Assembly: GCA_051362555.1 (NCBI GenBank)
Contig: CM120641.1
Coordinates: forward strand, 21,948,001-22,012,000
Direction: 5' to 3'
Origin: Lingula anatina
Taxonomy: Eukaryota > Animalia > Brachiopoda
DNA length: 64,000 nucleotides
Part shown: in pieces, positions 14,971 to 28,708 of the stretch
How the letters are laid out: each line of letters begins with the position of its first letter
Position numbering within the stretch: position 1 is the stretch's first letter
Position numbers and translations under genes: made by a program
Notes under the pieces: generated by a model
Databases searched by the model: none
The model's input: only the letters and a program-made list of their open reading frames with translations
Told to the model about the DNA's origin: nothing

Positions 14971-14979
14971 AGCAGCAAA

Positions 14980-16280
14980 CATTACCAACATCTAGATATT
15001 TACATTGTGTTTGTGAGGTATATGTACCATGCAAAATCCAACATTCAACCATATCTTCTTTAAAATAGATACAGGTATCATACATACCAACATTTATTGT
15101 CCTGATGAGTTAAAGGCATCAAATATACCAACTTTGAAAAACAGTACAGTGTCTGTATGAGAGCTACAGGCCCAAGGTAAGGCCCAAGGTAACATACATA
15201 TATAATTCCAACATTAAAACATCTTCATTCTCTTGAGAGGTCTTGGCAGCAAACATATTCCAACAGAACATCTTCATTGTCTTGGTGAGGCAAAGGCACA
15301 ATACTATAATTCCAACATTAAAACATCTTCATTCTCTTGAGAAGCACACGCAGCATACATATTCCAACAGAACATCTTCATTGTCTTGGTGAAGTACAGG
15401 CACAATACATAATTCTAACATTAGAACAACTTCATTCTCTTGGTGAGGTACAGGTACCATACAAATTCCAACAGAACATCTTCATTGTCTTGGTGAAGTA
15501 CAGGCACAAAACATAATTTCAACATTAGAACATCTTCATTCTCTTGGTGAGGTACAGGTACCATACAAATTCCAACAGAACATCTTCATGGTCTTGGTGA
15601 GGTGCAGGCACCATACATAATTTCAACATTAGAACATCTTCATTCTCTTGGTGAGGTACAGGGGAAATACATATTCCACCAGAACACCTTCATTCTCTTG
15701 GTGAGGTGCAGGCACAATACATAATTCAAACATTAGAACATCTTCATTCTCTTGGTGAGGTACAGGGGAAATACATATTCCACCAGAACACCTTCATTCT
15801 CTTGGTGAGGTGCAGGCACCATACATAATTTCAACATTAGAACATCTTCATTCTCTTGGTGAGGTACAGGTACCATACAAATTCCAACAGAACATCTTCA
15901 TCGTCTTGGTGAGGTACAGGCACCATACATAATTTCAACAACATCTTCATTCTCTTGGTGAGGTACAGGTACCATACAAATTCCAACAGAACATCTTCAT
16001 CGTCTTGGTGAGGTGCAGGCACCATACATAATTTCAACATTAGAACATCTTCATTCTCTTGGTGAGGTACAGGGGAAATACATATTCCACCAGAACACCT
16101 TCATTCTCTTGGTGAGGTGCAGGCACCATACATAATTTCAACATTAGAACATCTTCATTCTCTTGGTGAGGTACAGGGGCAATACAAATTCCAACAGAAC
16201 ATCTTCATTGTCTTGGTGAGGCACAGGCACAATACATATTCCAACATTAGAACACCTATTTCTCTTGCTGAGGTACAGAT
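14980..16280. repeat. Minisatellite of alternating 53- and 51-bp units (104-bp dimer) with higher-order structure
   Basis: aacattagaacatcttcattctcttggtgaggtacagg recurs every 104 bp (15417, 15521, 15625, 15729, 15833); homogeneous centre, decayed edges. Confidence 0.95.
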
Positions 16281-19200
16281 ACTACATATGAGGGGAAGTC
16301 AAAAAATATTCTGAGATAAATTGAAATACTGTTTACCTAAGTAGTTAGCACACTGAACTGGGTAGTGTGATGTCCTGTATTCAGTCTCCTGCAGTGTTGA
16401 GTCTTTTTCATAAAAAATCCGTACCTATATGCACCATTTCGGAGGTCAATATGATCTGATATTGTTCTGCACATGACTGCTTTCAACCAATCGGTGAGCT
16501 TCAAAATCTGTGATCATGTAACATTGCATCAAAATTTACAAAAAAAAAAAAAAAACTATATTGTGCACTAGCATCATTATTTTCTGCTTTGTGTCTGTAT
16601 ATTTGACAGCTTTGCTGCTTTGTTTATTTTTTTTTAATTAAGTTTTTCTTTCAGTTTGCCTCGGAACTTTTTGGCCTACCTGTTGGACACATGGACTTAA
16701 TATATTCCAATGCAGATTGTTGGTGCTTTCAGTTAGAAATTTTGATTGTGTGATATATTTGATATATATGTACCTGGATCTTAACCTTGTGATAGTGGTA
16801 TTGCTACCACTAAAAATTTTGATACCACCTAATTGTTCAACTTGTAGACTCTTAAGGATGCTTTGGCCTGTGTCTTTGTCTAAAAAAAGAATAAAATCAA
16901 AACTGCTGACCAGGCAACACATGTTGAAAGGCAAAACAGATAAATTATTTGTGGCAAAGTGCATGCTCTTGTTAGAATCATGTTGAACATGCTATGTGTA
17001 AAATGATTAAATACAGACACCCAGATATGGATCATGTATTGAGGTTATTATTATTATTATTATTGGTAGCTGTTTAAGAAAACAATTTTGTGTAGAGTAT
17101 TTTGTAGGGGATAGAATTGTGTGCCTACACGACTGGTTTTTTTAGGAAAATAAGTGAAGCATCAAAAAATGTGATCAATATAGAAGAGTGAGCCTTCAAC
17201 ATAAATTTTTGTCTGTACCATTGAATAAGTTTCATAAGAGTGAAAAATTGATCAGAATGATTGAGCATTTCAATTCATAAAATAAGCACAATTAGACTTT
17301 GACTTGTCAGTTCACTTGTCATTCACTTATGAACCACATATTTGCCTGGAATAAGGAACACAAAACATAAACATGTCCATTGCTGTATGGCAATATGTAA
17401 AGGACCCTTTTAACACGTTACACTTATCTGTATCAAAATGCTTTGAGAGAGTGACAACTTTATTCTCTGGTTATTGCGTAAGAGAGTCACCTAAAGCAGC
17501 CCTTGCACTTGACAAAAGTAGTTTACCAGATTTGTTCTGATTGGTCCAAACAGTTATAGTTGGAAGCAAACTTTTTGATCATCATGGTATTGGACAATGC
17601 CGACTGTGTTTCTTGACAATAACTTATGATTATTGGAGAAAAAGGGGCACTGGAAGTTTGTACACATCAAAAGTCTGCAAAAAGTACTTACTTTTGGTAT
17701 GTATTTTTAAACTAAGAAAGTGGAGTCTCAGGAAAATTCTTTGTCTCATTTAAAAAAAATATATTATTTCAAGACAATGCTATGAAGTTTTATAAATATA
17801 TATCAATAAATAGATATCATTAATTCAAAGATATCAATTACTAGTAAGTGATTATTGAATTTTAAGTTTTTGGCATTTTTATTATTCAGAAGATATATAT
17901 TTTCCAAAGTATATGCATGACACAAACTTTCATTTTTGGCCATTCAGATTTGCATATAGAATCTGTAACTATCAAAAAGAGTGAAATTTATGTTGGGTGG
18001 CATGCTGAACTTAAAGCTATGGCAAAACATCTTGACAGTTTGACATTTTCTCAAGAAATTTCTGCTTTCTGTATATTTGATATGTCTGTTGGTTTCTGAG
18101 TGGGACTACCTTAGGAGAACTAATTGTACATTGTAACCGCAAGTTTTGCCAGGAGAGCAGATAATGGTTGAGTTCACATTTCCAAAATGCATGGTTAGAA
18201 CTTTCATGATTTTTTTATGATCATTACAATAAGCTTGAAAAAAAAGCTCCCCCAAATAAATAATTATACATACCTTGAAAATAGATTTTAATGAATGATA
18301 GACTTATAAATGCATGTATGATTCATCATAGATGATTTTGTATTTTCCATGATAAATTGTCATCACAAATAATCTTATTTCAAATAAGAAACTAGTCAGG
18401 GGCCTCAAATTTTAAATAGTTATTCAACATGGAGTCGATGTCATTTGTGATAATTTTTTTTTTTCATTTTTTTTTTTTTGACTCTTCTCCTTTAAGTTAT
18501 GCTATATGCATGTAATCTCTCCAATTGTTGCAAGGAACTATTCTCCCAGCTGAGCCCTGGGAATTGCTGAATTAGATGTGATATTTACTGAACATGACAA
18601 ATTACTTCCTTACATGTGTTGCCCACAATTAAATGACCATGGCATGAAATTAATGGCCATATGACTTCCTTTAAATGTGGTAATGGTTGCAAATGGTTGG
18701 AAATGTTGGAAATAATTTTCTATTATTGTGATTATTAAACTTTTCCTAAATATTTAACTAGGAATTAAAATGTCTTGAGCATCACCAATGCTTTATATCA
18801 GTCTATAATATTTAAATGACATTTCAGAAAGTGCGAAGGGGTCTAGGGTTTTAGTTTTGTTGGAGATGGCTTCATAGCTTTTCTGATATTATTCTGGCAG
18901 TGATTACTATTTGGTAGGAAAATAAACATATGTATAGGGAATGATGATCTTGATCCCTTTGATCTGATGATAAAGCACAATTTAGACCAGTGGCAGGCAG
19001 TTTGGTTTTCCTAGCCTTTTCAAGACTAGGATCAGTGGAGTTTTCCAGAAACAGTTAAGGTGAGCCATTAGTATGTGGTGGGGTATGAAATGATCTGAAC
19101 TCGTAAGAGATGCTGAGACTCAAACAAATATTGCTGCACAAGAGGATTTAGGTTTTTCTCACCTCCATCCTTGTTAGTTTCAAACTAATTACTTTCATTC

Positions 19201-19598
19201 GTGTTTGTTTGAAAAAGTATGGCCTAATTGGTTTTACTAGTTCAAGGTTTTATTGGGTGTGATCTTGTTTTCTTTGACTTTCCCACAGAGGTTGACCTTT
19301 TTGTGCTGACCAATAATGTGTATCAAAAAACGTAAAGCTTTTTATCTTACAACAGAAACTGCTTTCTTATTCTTTATTGCAAAGAAAGTAGTGATTGTAA
19401 TGAATTAGTCATATGTCATATTAAAGCAGTCGTTCTGGTTTTAACCATGTATGTTCATTTATAGATAGTAGGTCTTTGATATAATGTACATGCATGGTAC
19501 AAGGTTTTATCATAGATAAACCACTTTGGCACCTGAAAGGCACATCTATAGGTAAATTGATGTTGCAGATTGTGTTGGCAACAGTGTAACATGTCAAA

Positions 19599-19601
<3 letters not shown>

Positions 19602-19644
<43 letters not shown>
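19602..19644. repeat. (GT)n microsatellite, ~21 units
   Basis: Perfect GT run on the sense strand. Confidence 0.97.
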
Positions 19645-19646
<2 letters not shown>

Positions 19647-20381
19647 CAACACCAGTGACAGCTCTTGTTTTTCTTTACTACATTGTTTTTAAATATGGTG
19701 GCATTTCCTAGATGGGTAGATGGAATATTTAGAATTGAACAGAAATGCCTACAAACTAATACCACTGATGTCCAAGTATATACCTGTGTGTGTATGATTT
19801 GTTTTGCTGAGCTAAAGCCCACCCTTTGAACAGTGGTTAGATATTTCAGTAAAATGAGCTCCCTTTTAAGGTTATCTTTTCCTAAGTTATGAATCAAAAT
19901 TGGTTTCGATCTTTTCTCTGATACATCATATTGGTTATCATATTGGTTTCGGGAATATGTTCAATATTTCATCTCTTTCCATGAGAAATTTGTCTCAATT
20001 TATCTTTTCTGTGCATAGATGATGTTGCTTAAATTGGCCTCTAAGCTTCCATAAACTATTTCTTCTACACTTTATGTAGAAGGGCAGCAATGAGGTTCTT
20101 TCTTTCATTAATAAACATGGAATATTGAGGATGAGCCCTTGTTCTATCCATTTCTTGTTTCGGCATATTGACAGGAAGTGACTATAACAGACAAAAAAGT
20201 ACATTATGGCATGGAAGAATAAAGATACAATTTAAGCACTGCAATATTATATTGTAATATGCTATGTCATGGGTTAATTTTATATTGGTAAATTGAAGGT
20301 CTTACAAAAAATGTTGACCAATAACATCATTGCATCCAACTTCTTGACCAATCAGAAAAATAGAAAACATTTGATCATAAA

Positions 20382-20611
20382 TGCTGCATTCACATCGAGA
20401 AGAGCCGAGGCTCTACAAAGCCGAGAACTAAATATGGTGGACGTACATGAAAGGAAAACCGCCTAATCCTTTAGGGGTCTCTCCGCCTCTCACACGCCTC
20501 CCCACGTGTCGTCCCAATGGAGCCGAGATTTAATGACTGTACCCCGACTGTACCGCCTTATTTAGTTCTCGGCTTTGTAGAGCCTCGGCTCTTCTCGATA
20601 AGAATGCGGCC
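20382..20611. mobile_element. PIF/Harbinger (Tourist-like) MITE with ~53-bp TIRs
   Basis: tgctgcattcacatcgagaagagccgaggctctacaaagccgagaactaaata and its inverse (4 mismatches); right end GAATGCGGCC followed by TAA. Confidence 0.85.
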
Positions 20612-20679
20612 TAAGATGGCAATGTCCAATGATAGTATTGTTGCAACTCTTGTGACGACATTGACATTCTGGTTTAGGT

Positions 20680-20743
20680 AATATAATATAATATAATATA
20701 ATATAATATAATATAATATAATATAATATAATATAATATAATA
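20680..20743. repeat. (ATATA/AATAT)n pentanucleotide microsatellite
   Basis: About 12 tandem AATAT units. Confidence 0.95.
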
Positions 20744-22779
20744 AAACAATGATAGACTTTGACTGAGGCCAATATGCTGATTTTCAGACATCTGATAAGT
20801 GATAAATGATTCTATATGATATAATTCTTATTTTTCATAAAAAATTCAAACAGATAATTAGATTTGGATTTGAAAAGTTGACAGGTCAATGCTTTGTTTA
20901 AATCTTATTTATAACTCAAAAAATGGGTTTTGCATTCGTCTTAAGGATTGTTACTAAAGTTGGCTATGTTTATATATTATTGATAAGATGAGATTTTCTC
21001 AATCTGCTGGGTACAGCTAAACAAGTTTAACTGGGCTACTATTGCTAGAAAATTATCCCCTTGAGGTAAACCATTCTTAAGGCAGTTACACAGATTTTCT
21101 TATTGATCCTCCCACGTGTCAGACTAAATCTCTACTGAAGTGGTGTGGTGTGAATGAACAGGTCCAGTATAAAATGAATGCGTATTTTTAAACATAGCTG
21201 ATGTCTTGTAACTTAGTGTATAATCAAAAAAGATTTAAAGGAATTTAGAGGAGATTTGGGCAAAAATAATGGCAGACAAAATTAGAAAAATTTGTGACTG
21301 AAAATAATTAATATTTCAAGAGGCATGAAGCTGACAAAATTTTCAAAATTATGTTGCTAGTGCAACAGCAAATAGTAGCTGAGAGAAAATATCTACAGAT
21401 ATTGTATGGTTGCTTTAACTGAAGTTTTGTTGTATTAATTGACCATTTTTTTCCAATCACTTTTGCACCTTGTGTGTATTGCTGGTGACATTCCCAGACC
21501 ATACCTGAAGAGTTGCTCCCTTATCACTGAAAAGTTAACCCCAATTCTCACAGATTCTTGCATGTTTTCTAGTCTCTTGTGATGTGACAATGTGCTGACC
21601 ACATCAGTATAAGACCAGGTTTTTCAGAAAATCTGTGCAAAGGGGACATTTTGGGCAAAGTAAAAAAAGAAACAATAGTATCAGAGGGTTAGGCTGTAAA
21701 TGAAGTTTGACATACTTTTTTGTCATCTTTGTCTTTAATGAATCACAGAAATAAAGTGAGGCATGTTTAGGTAATTGAATTTTATCTCAGCATCCACTTG
21801 AAAAAGAATAGGTATGATATCTTTAATTTTTCCTGGGAAATTGAATGAACATTTTAATATTGAACTAAACATTTTAATAATAGAATAAACCTTTGAACAC
21901 TTGCCTTTGGTTTTGACAGGCATTTTGTTAATTTCTCTTCTGTCTTTCTCCAAAGCAATGAAAATGATCCAAACCATGATATTTTTTCCTTTGGATAAAT
22001 GAAACCTGAAAGTTAAACAAAAAACCTTATCCTGTTCATATTTTTTGTTTTATTTTGTTTTGTTTTTTACATTCGGTAAGTTTCCAAAGAATGTTTGATA
22101 CTTTTGATCTGGTTACAAGAGTTTTTCAGTTTTTAACAAAAAAAATATCTGCAGTCCTCCCTACAGAAATGCAGACAGTTCCCTTGGTGGTAAACTTAAC
22201 ACATGCAACATGTTTTGATAGACTTTTTCAATACCTTTTTATATAAGACAAATTTCAAAACTCAATATTGAACAATAATATGGAGTATGTGTGTTCATTA
22301 TCATAGTCATGCAGGGAGACAACAAATCAAGTTAAGCTGTTTCAGGCATCTTACCACTTAGTAAAAGGGGATGCCATATGTGATGAAATAGGAATTAGGT
22401 TTCATCTGTCATGTCATTAACACCCAGGGAAGTTTGTTTTGTTCAAGTATTTTCACTAATATAGGTTTGGTTGAAAATTTTCCAGGAAAAACACTGATTG
22501 GTAACTGGTTGAATAATGAAAGAAAATGAAGACTGCTGTTTAAGAACTTATTCAGAACTGAATTTAGTGCAATATGGTCTGGTATTGTTGCGGTCTTCCT
22601 TTTGAAACTTTTTGTATTTGGAAAACAAGAAGATCTGTCATTTGTGAATTATTCATACAAAGCTTTTTTATGCAGTGTACAATAGAAGAAAATTGCATTC
22701 AGTAAATGCATCTTAGACAAAAGAAATAGATTTATTCCAATTGTTTAGCAGTGGAGAATTCAATTTTAATTAGCTGTGG

Positions 22780-23226
22780 CCACCTTCTTTTTAAGGCTTG
22801 TAAGGCAAAATTGGTGTCATACGGTGACAAAGCTTTTCAAATTGCAGCACCTAGAGCATGGAATTATTTACCCATCAAACTTAGACAACAGGACATTTTA
22901 AAAAGGAACTTAAAACCTACCTTTTTAAGCAATATTATTTTTTAATTCTTGTAAGAATACTTTTTACGTATAATTGTTCTTAGTTCATAGTTTTAATTTT
23001 CACCTCTTATCCATTTTATATATCTATATTTTTACCTTTAACATTTTTTCTATTATCATTTTCCTTCTATTCATCTTATGACCATTTTTTTTCGTTTTAA
23101 TTGTGAATTTTATAAATTCTGTAAAGTCTTTTGAACATATTTTGGATTTTAGAGTAAAAAAAAAAAAAAAAAAAATAATAATAATAATAATAATAATAAT
23201 TATTATTATTATTATTATTATTATTA
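22780..23226 (+). mobile_element. 5'-truncated LINE (L2/CR1 group): ORF2 C-terminus, 3' UTR and tail
   Basis: Translates as KLVSYGDKAFQIAAPRAWNYLPIKLR, then (frameshifted) FKKELKTYLF, matching the GDRAFSxAAPxLWNxLP...FKxxLKTxLF ORF2 tail; ends in poly(A) plus (TAA)n/(TTA)n. Confidence 0.8.
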
Positions 23227-25316
23227 AAAGGAAATGATTATTGTCTGATGACAATTATGAAGATGCAGAATTGCTCTAATAATATAATGGCATATCATGG
23301 TGCAGATTTGATCATTTGATCATCTGCAAAAAATATAAGATGCAGTTATATAGGACAATATCATTGTCCAGAAATTCCCCCAATTTTTTATTTATCATTT
23401 ATTTATTTATTATTATTATTTTGGTAAAAAAAGAAAGGGTTCATTGTTTTCTTTATTCAGTGTCATGCTCTCTTTACGTCACCTTTAGAATATTTGTCCA
23501 TCCTGTCAGGAGATGTGTTGGAAAACGGAAATTAAAGCCCAACCATCTAGCCTTGGTGATTGTTATCATTATCTGTGCTGAGAGTTCTGCAGGTGCTCTC
23601 AGCTTTAGCAGCATCTAGGATAATTTGGCCCTAGTTAATTGCTTGGAAAAATACATTGTGAAAAGGTGAAACATTGTTGCCTGTGAGGACCTGGCATGCA
23701 TATGTACCATTGTCTGAGATGGGCCAAATCGGGTATGAAATTCTTTTTTTTTTTTTAAGACTCAGGTGTCAGGTTGAAAGCTAGGTGACAATGTATTGAA
23801 AATATCTAAAGATTTTAAAGATATTCTTGATTTACACTTGAAATAGCTTATCAAATTAATTCCAATGCTGTTTTCTGTGTTTTCATTTATTACATATGTT
23901 AAAGTTTTACTATTTATAGCAGTACTTTGAGGAAAAAAATGCTGGACCACAATAATTTCACATTTTAATGTGGAATACAATTTAGAGTCATGTCAGGATA
24001 TACATGTATAAAGAGATACAAAGTTGAGTGTATTTATTTAAGCCCTGATGCTGGGCAATAAAACTAAGAACTAATAATTTTTTTTAATCACACAAAAATA
24101 ATTTATTAGTTGAATCTCCAAATGTAGAACAAGAAGATTGGTTTAACCCTTTTCATTTGGGATACGAGTGCGATGGTATTAATTTTCATACAGCACCAGA
24201 CATAGTGGAGATGCTTGGTCTGGTTTCATAGTGTGATGACAGCATGCAAAAAAATTTGATTTCAGTCATTTCTCACATGTGACATATGTATGTAATTTTT
24301 TCTTTGATTGGTACAGTTAAGTTTTTAATGTCCACAGGTTGCCAGATCTATTTCAGAACTGAAATTATAGATTGAGGGTTTCGTTTATAAATGTAAGTGC
24401 AAGTAGTTTGGTTTGGTAGCAATTTCTGTGCCAACTGTTTCCAAGAACTTTTAAAGAGGTGCAGGTTTTTTTCCCAGGTATACAGAGTAGTTTTTACCCA
24501 AGTCCAGGAATCATGTGATGTGTGATGTAGTGAGCTGATAATGACCCATATACCTACAAAAAGATCATTATTTCTGATACTTCCATCATCTGATACTTCC
24601 ATCACATTGCGTTTATAGACTGGAGAAGCACCATTTGTGCCACTTGTGGCAGAAGAAAGGTTTCTGTTTTTCAGACATTTCATCAGGATTCATCCCTGTA
24701 CTTGCTTTTAGAGATGCTGCATTGGTTTCAGAACAAGTGTCATGCTTCTTGTTGATCAGCAATGACAGTTTGATTGGAGTATTATTGTACCACAGGATAT
24801 TATCACAGAACTCTGAAAGAAGGAAATAAACATCTTTTGTTTCAATTTTTTGTCATGCACCTTTTTCATTCATTTACATTATTATTATTGGAAATACTAC
24901 TATGTGATTATAAAGAAAAATCAGAAGAGATCTTTGAAAATGTAGGGCAATATTATCTCATATCTCTGACTACTTAGAGAGGATCATGTGTCAGGAACAG
25001 TTCAGATCCTAATGCCTCTAATACGGTCGTGATTGTGACACTGATTAAAGCCTCTGTTTGGCTTATAACCTAAAAATCTGATCAGTTTCAATCCACCCAT
25101 TATTTGCTTCACTTTCAGCTCAAATAACTACTCGGAGCTAATTAGGAAACCCAGATAAAAGGATGTAATGCTGAAAACTTTCAATAGCTACAAGCTTGTA
25201 AAATTAATCATTCAGTCTAATTTCTTGATATTTGTTTTACTAAAAAATTAAGTTATACAATAGTATGTAAATTTCATACAAGATGCACATGCCAATTATT
25301 TATTTTACACTTTCAG

Positions 25317-25365
25317 ATGAACCGTCCAATCCAAGTGAAGCCTGCAGACAGTGAAAGTAGAGCAG
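25317..25365 (+). CDS. CELF4: CELF exon (49 nt), end of RRM1: MNRPIQVKPADSESRA(G..)
   Basis: ttttacactttcAG acceptor, CAG|GTATGT donor; peptide matches the CELF3-6 RRM1 C-terminus; phase 0 to 1. Confidence 0.96.
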
Positions 25366-25520
25366 GTATGTGTTACTAGATTGGATGTTACAATGTCGAC
25401 AATGGCACTCAGTTATTCGAACTTGCAATGACACTGAAATGAACATAATTCAAGTAGTTTCACAACGATTGCTTCTGGGTTTACCATGTGCTCAGCAATA
25501 AGATGCCATTAAAATAACCT

Positions 25521-25809
25521 CAGGCCTATCCAACTACTAGACTCGGCACTGAATGATCCCGAATTCACTGATAGATCAGACCACACTACCTGTTTTCAAG
25601 GTGTGTGTCAGCACGCATTTCACAGTATCATACCTCGGAACAAATTTTGAGATGAGATGCACTACTTTCATATCACATCACATACTAGGCAAGAGCAGTG
25701 TAGCTTCTGATACTTCGAAGAACGTACTGATGCACACCTTGAAAACGGGTAGTGTGGACCGGTGAATTCAGGATCCTTTGGTGCCGAGTCTGGTAGTTGG
25801 GTAGGCCTG
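25521..25809. mobile_element. Foldback MITE with CAGGCC termini and 5-bp TSD
   Basis: ~90-bp inverted arms (caggcctatccaactactagactcggcac... / ...gtgccgagtctggtagttgggtaggcctg); AACCT on both flanks. Confidence 0.88.
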
Positions 25810-28454
25810 AACCTCATCTGCATTAATTGTTGGAAACAGCCACATGATTTGTTTCCTACTTTAGATGTAGTGATTAAGTTCTTGTAACTGAGTACAAAGT
25901 GATTTCAGAAAAATTTTGTTGTAGAGGCACCCACAGTATTTTAATCCTCTATTTAACAAATTTTCCTGGATATTTTAGCACTTTTCATGTAATCACCAAT
26001 GGATGCCAAATCCAAAACCATTTACAAAATCCCAATCCAAAGGCTCGTTTTTGCATTCTAGTTCTTATATTTTTAATCATAATGGGGATAGAGACTGGTA
26101 TATTTTACTTTTGCTTGAAAGAATTTAGGACTCAAAAACAGGTTTATAGATCATAACTTACCATACAGATTAGGGTAGGGTTTACCTTCAAGTTGGTAAA
26201 ACTGGGAAAATTGCTGAAGTTTCCAGGATTTTATCACTATATCAAGGTTTAATTCACATTGTATGTCTTTCACATTCTATCTGGTAAAGAACAAAGGTAT
26301 TCTACCTGCAAGCCAACCTGTACTACCTTTTTGGTTTTTGACCTTGCACCTACTCATGGCTTGCAATTCTTCTCCCTTCAAATTTCTATAATTACATGAA
26401 TTTTCCAAATGACTCACTTTTTCTTATGTTTAATTTTTTGCAACTTATCATACCCAGACACAACAGTATACTATCTGACGCACACAGGGTCACTATCTTT
26501 TTTAACATTTATTTCTTTTTTTAACATTTATTTGAAGAATTACTTATAAAACATTTTTTCAAATAAAATGATTAATATATGTTGCTGGAATTTATATAGT
26601 AATTACCACATATTTATTTATTAGTGTATTGAATGGCACCCAGTGGTTGAAGTTAACATACATTTATTTCTATTCTTTTTTTAAATTTGAAATATCTATA
26701 GAAAGGATCCTTATGAATGCTTTCTTTTTGTACTGGAAATGAAATAAGATAACTATTTTGAATGGTACTTCTTTTAGCAGGTCTGATACACAAATATAGT
26801 GATGATTTAGGTCAGTGGAATATTTGTATTTTATTTGAAAGACATGCATCATTTTATAAAGGTTTTTTGCTTAAGTTGGTAAAAGTGTTTGCAGTAGATT
26901 CTCCTCTCTTGTTTCTCCATTGCTTCTGGGTGAGAAATGTGATAGTTGTGATACAACAAAAAAAGCTCTGATTGTGCTGAACATTCTTGGTAGATAAGAA
27001 GTACTGTAAATATTTGTGCAACATTTCATTAAATATAGAATGTTTAAAAGGTTTAAGGTAGATAGTTATAGAGAGTTGGTTTTAAAATGAAAAAGAAAAT
27101 ACTCTATCACCTTTAAAAAGAAGTATATTCTTGCAAATAATGAGCTCAGGGAAAATAATTAAGTACAAGCTCAGCTTATTGTTTGCAAGGATAATTGGGA
27201 GAAATCAACAGTTCCCATGTCATTTCATAAGCTCTGACAGGGAAATATCTGCCACTGTCACATGTGTCTCATTATCATTGACTTGTTTTCCTGTAGAAGC
27301 TGCAATTAAGGAAAGGATTTGAAATATTAGAAGGAACAGAGGATGTTAGGTTTCAATCTTTTGAGACTTCACATACTAGGTTAATCATCACTATATCAGG
27401 TCAAAATATTTTTCAACATAGAGTTTTTAATGAAACAGGCAAAAGAAATCACATTATAAGCAACTGTACTTGTTTGGGTCAATGATTCTATATATAGCAT
27501 ACAACTGTAAAATGTGTTCCACTATTACTAATCAGCAGAAAATACCAACTGATTCAGTTATTCAATCTTATTTTCACCAAACAAATATTTACATATAGGT
27601 TGCGATGTGATGAAATTATGACAATGAGAAGGGGAAAAAAGAATTTAGCAAGAAGGCCCATGTGTGCGTATATAACCTAGCATAATCATAAACGTGTTCT
27701 CTCACTGGGCTTTAAGAGCAGTCTGACTGCAATCTTTTGTTATCAGGTGGAATCTTAATTTGTATAGATGCTTGCATCTTTGTCCTTGGCTGAGGATGAT
27801 GACCTGTGCTAGAAAACACACTTTATTCCTGAATCAATAGATTGTCTGACTTGTTTCCTTGGATGCCTTAGGAGAGATATAATTTTATCTGAATATATAG
27901 TTCTGATTGTGGAGGCAATATTATAACAGTTGGAAAATAGATTTCTAAAAATTTTGAACCAATGAAGCAAGACATTTCAGTCATTATGGCATCGGAATCT
28001 GAGCTTTGGAAGTTACGATGTCAACGTTGGGTCTGCCATATGATTTAGGCCCTTTAATGAAGGAGTCAAAGTCCATGTTACATTGGTTAAAATAACATGT
28101 TGAGTCACATAAGAAATGATTTACTTTTTACCATGAATTTCTTATTACTTTCTGTATATTTTGTGCAAGATTTCTAGTGAAATAAATTTTGTTATATGAT
28201 TAATTTTCAAATGTTTTTTCAGTGGTCAAATTGATAAAATGAATGAACAATCCTTTTATTTGCTGCCTTATTAAGTCCTTCTTTCCTTCATTTTATTTCA
28301 TTATTAAACTTTTGAGGTTTTTCTTGTACACATTGAATCTCCAAAATTTGTACTCCTGAGTCTGCTACAGTCTCTCTAGATCTGTTGTTGTCTCTGCCAA
28401 ATTTCACATCATCGTAGTCCCATTCTGGAATAATTGTGGTAATTACAACTTAAA

Positions 28455-28708
28455 CAGGCCTTATAAATGGATAAAGCATTTACTAACACAAACTGCAGAT
28501 CTTTTAGCACGTCCATATTAACCACAAAACCCATGAATTAACCAACACACTGTACAATTATTTAACACCAACAAAGCGATACCTAGCACTAACATTCATC
28601 TGCTCTGGTAGTGCTGGTTAATTTGTGGGTTATGTGGTAAATATGGGTGTTAGTGCTAAAAGATCTGTGGGTAGTGTTAGTAAACGCCTAATCAGTTTAT
28701 AAGGCCTG
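28455..28708. mobile_element. Foldback MITE with CAGGCC termini and 5-bp TSD
   Basis: ~90-bp inverted arms (caggccttataaa... / ...tttataaggcctg); TTAAA on both flanks (28450-28454, 28709-28713). Confidence 0.85.

Noticed and set aside
15200-16280. Regularly spaced repeats resembling a CRISPR array
   Set aside because: The intervening sequences are themselves repeated, there are no unique spacers or cas genes, and the context is a eukaryotic intron.
16288-16315. TATGAGGGGAAGTCAAAAA, similar to a mariner TIR
   Set aside because: No partner inverted repeat or transposase remnant nearby.
19421-23254. ORFs with (HT)n, (YYIIL)n and poly-Ile tracts
   Set aside because: They simply read through (CA)n, (TATTA)n and (TAA)n microsatellites.
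24655-24690. Minus-strand CTGATGA...GAAAC resembling a hammerhead ribozyme core
   Set aside because: Stem II lacks the closing pair in register, and no convincing stems I/III or Penelope context were found.
1-25316. Upstream RRM1 exons (KLFVGQIP..., GCAFLTY...)
   Set aside because: Not found by eye in this interval; they presumably lie 5' of the window.
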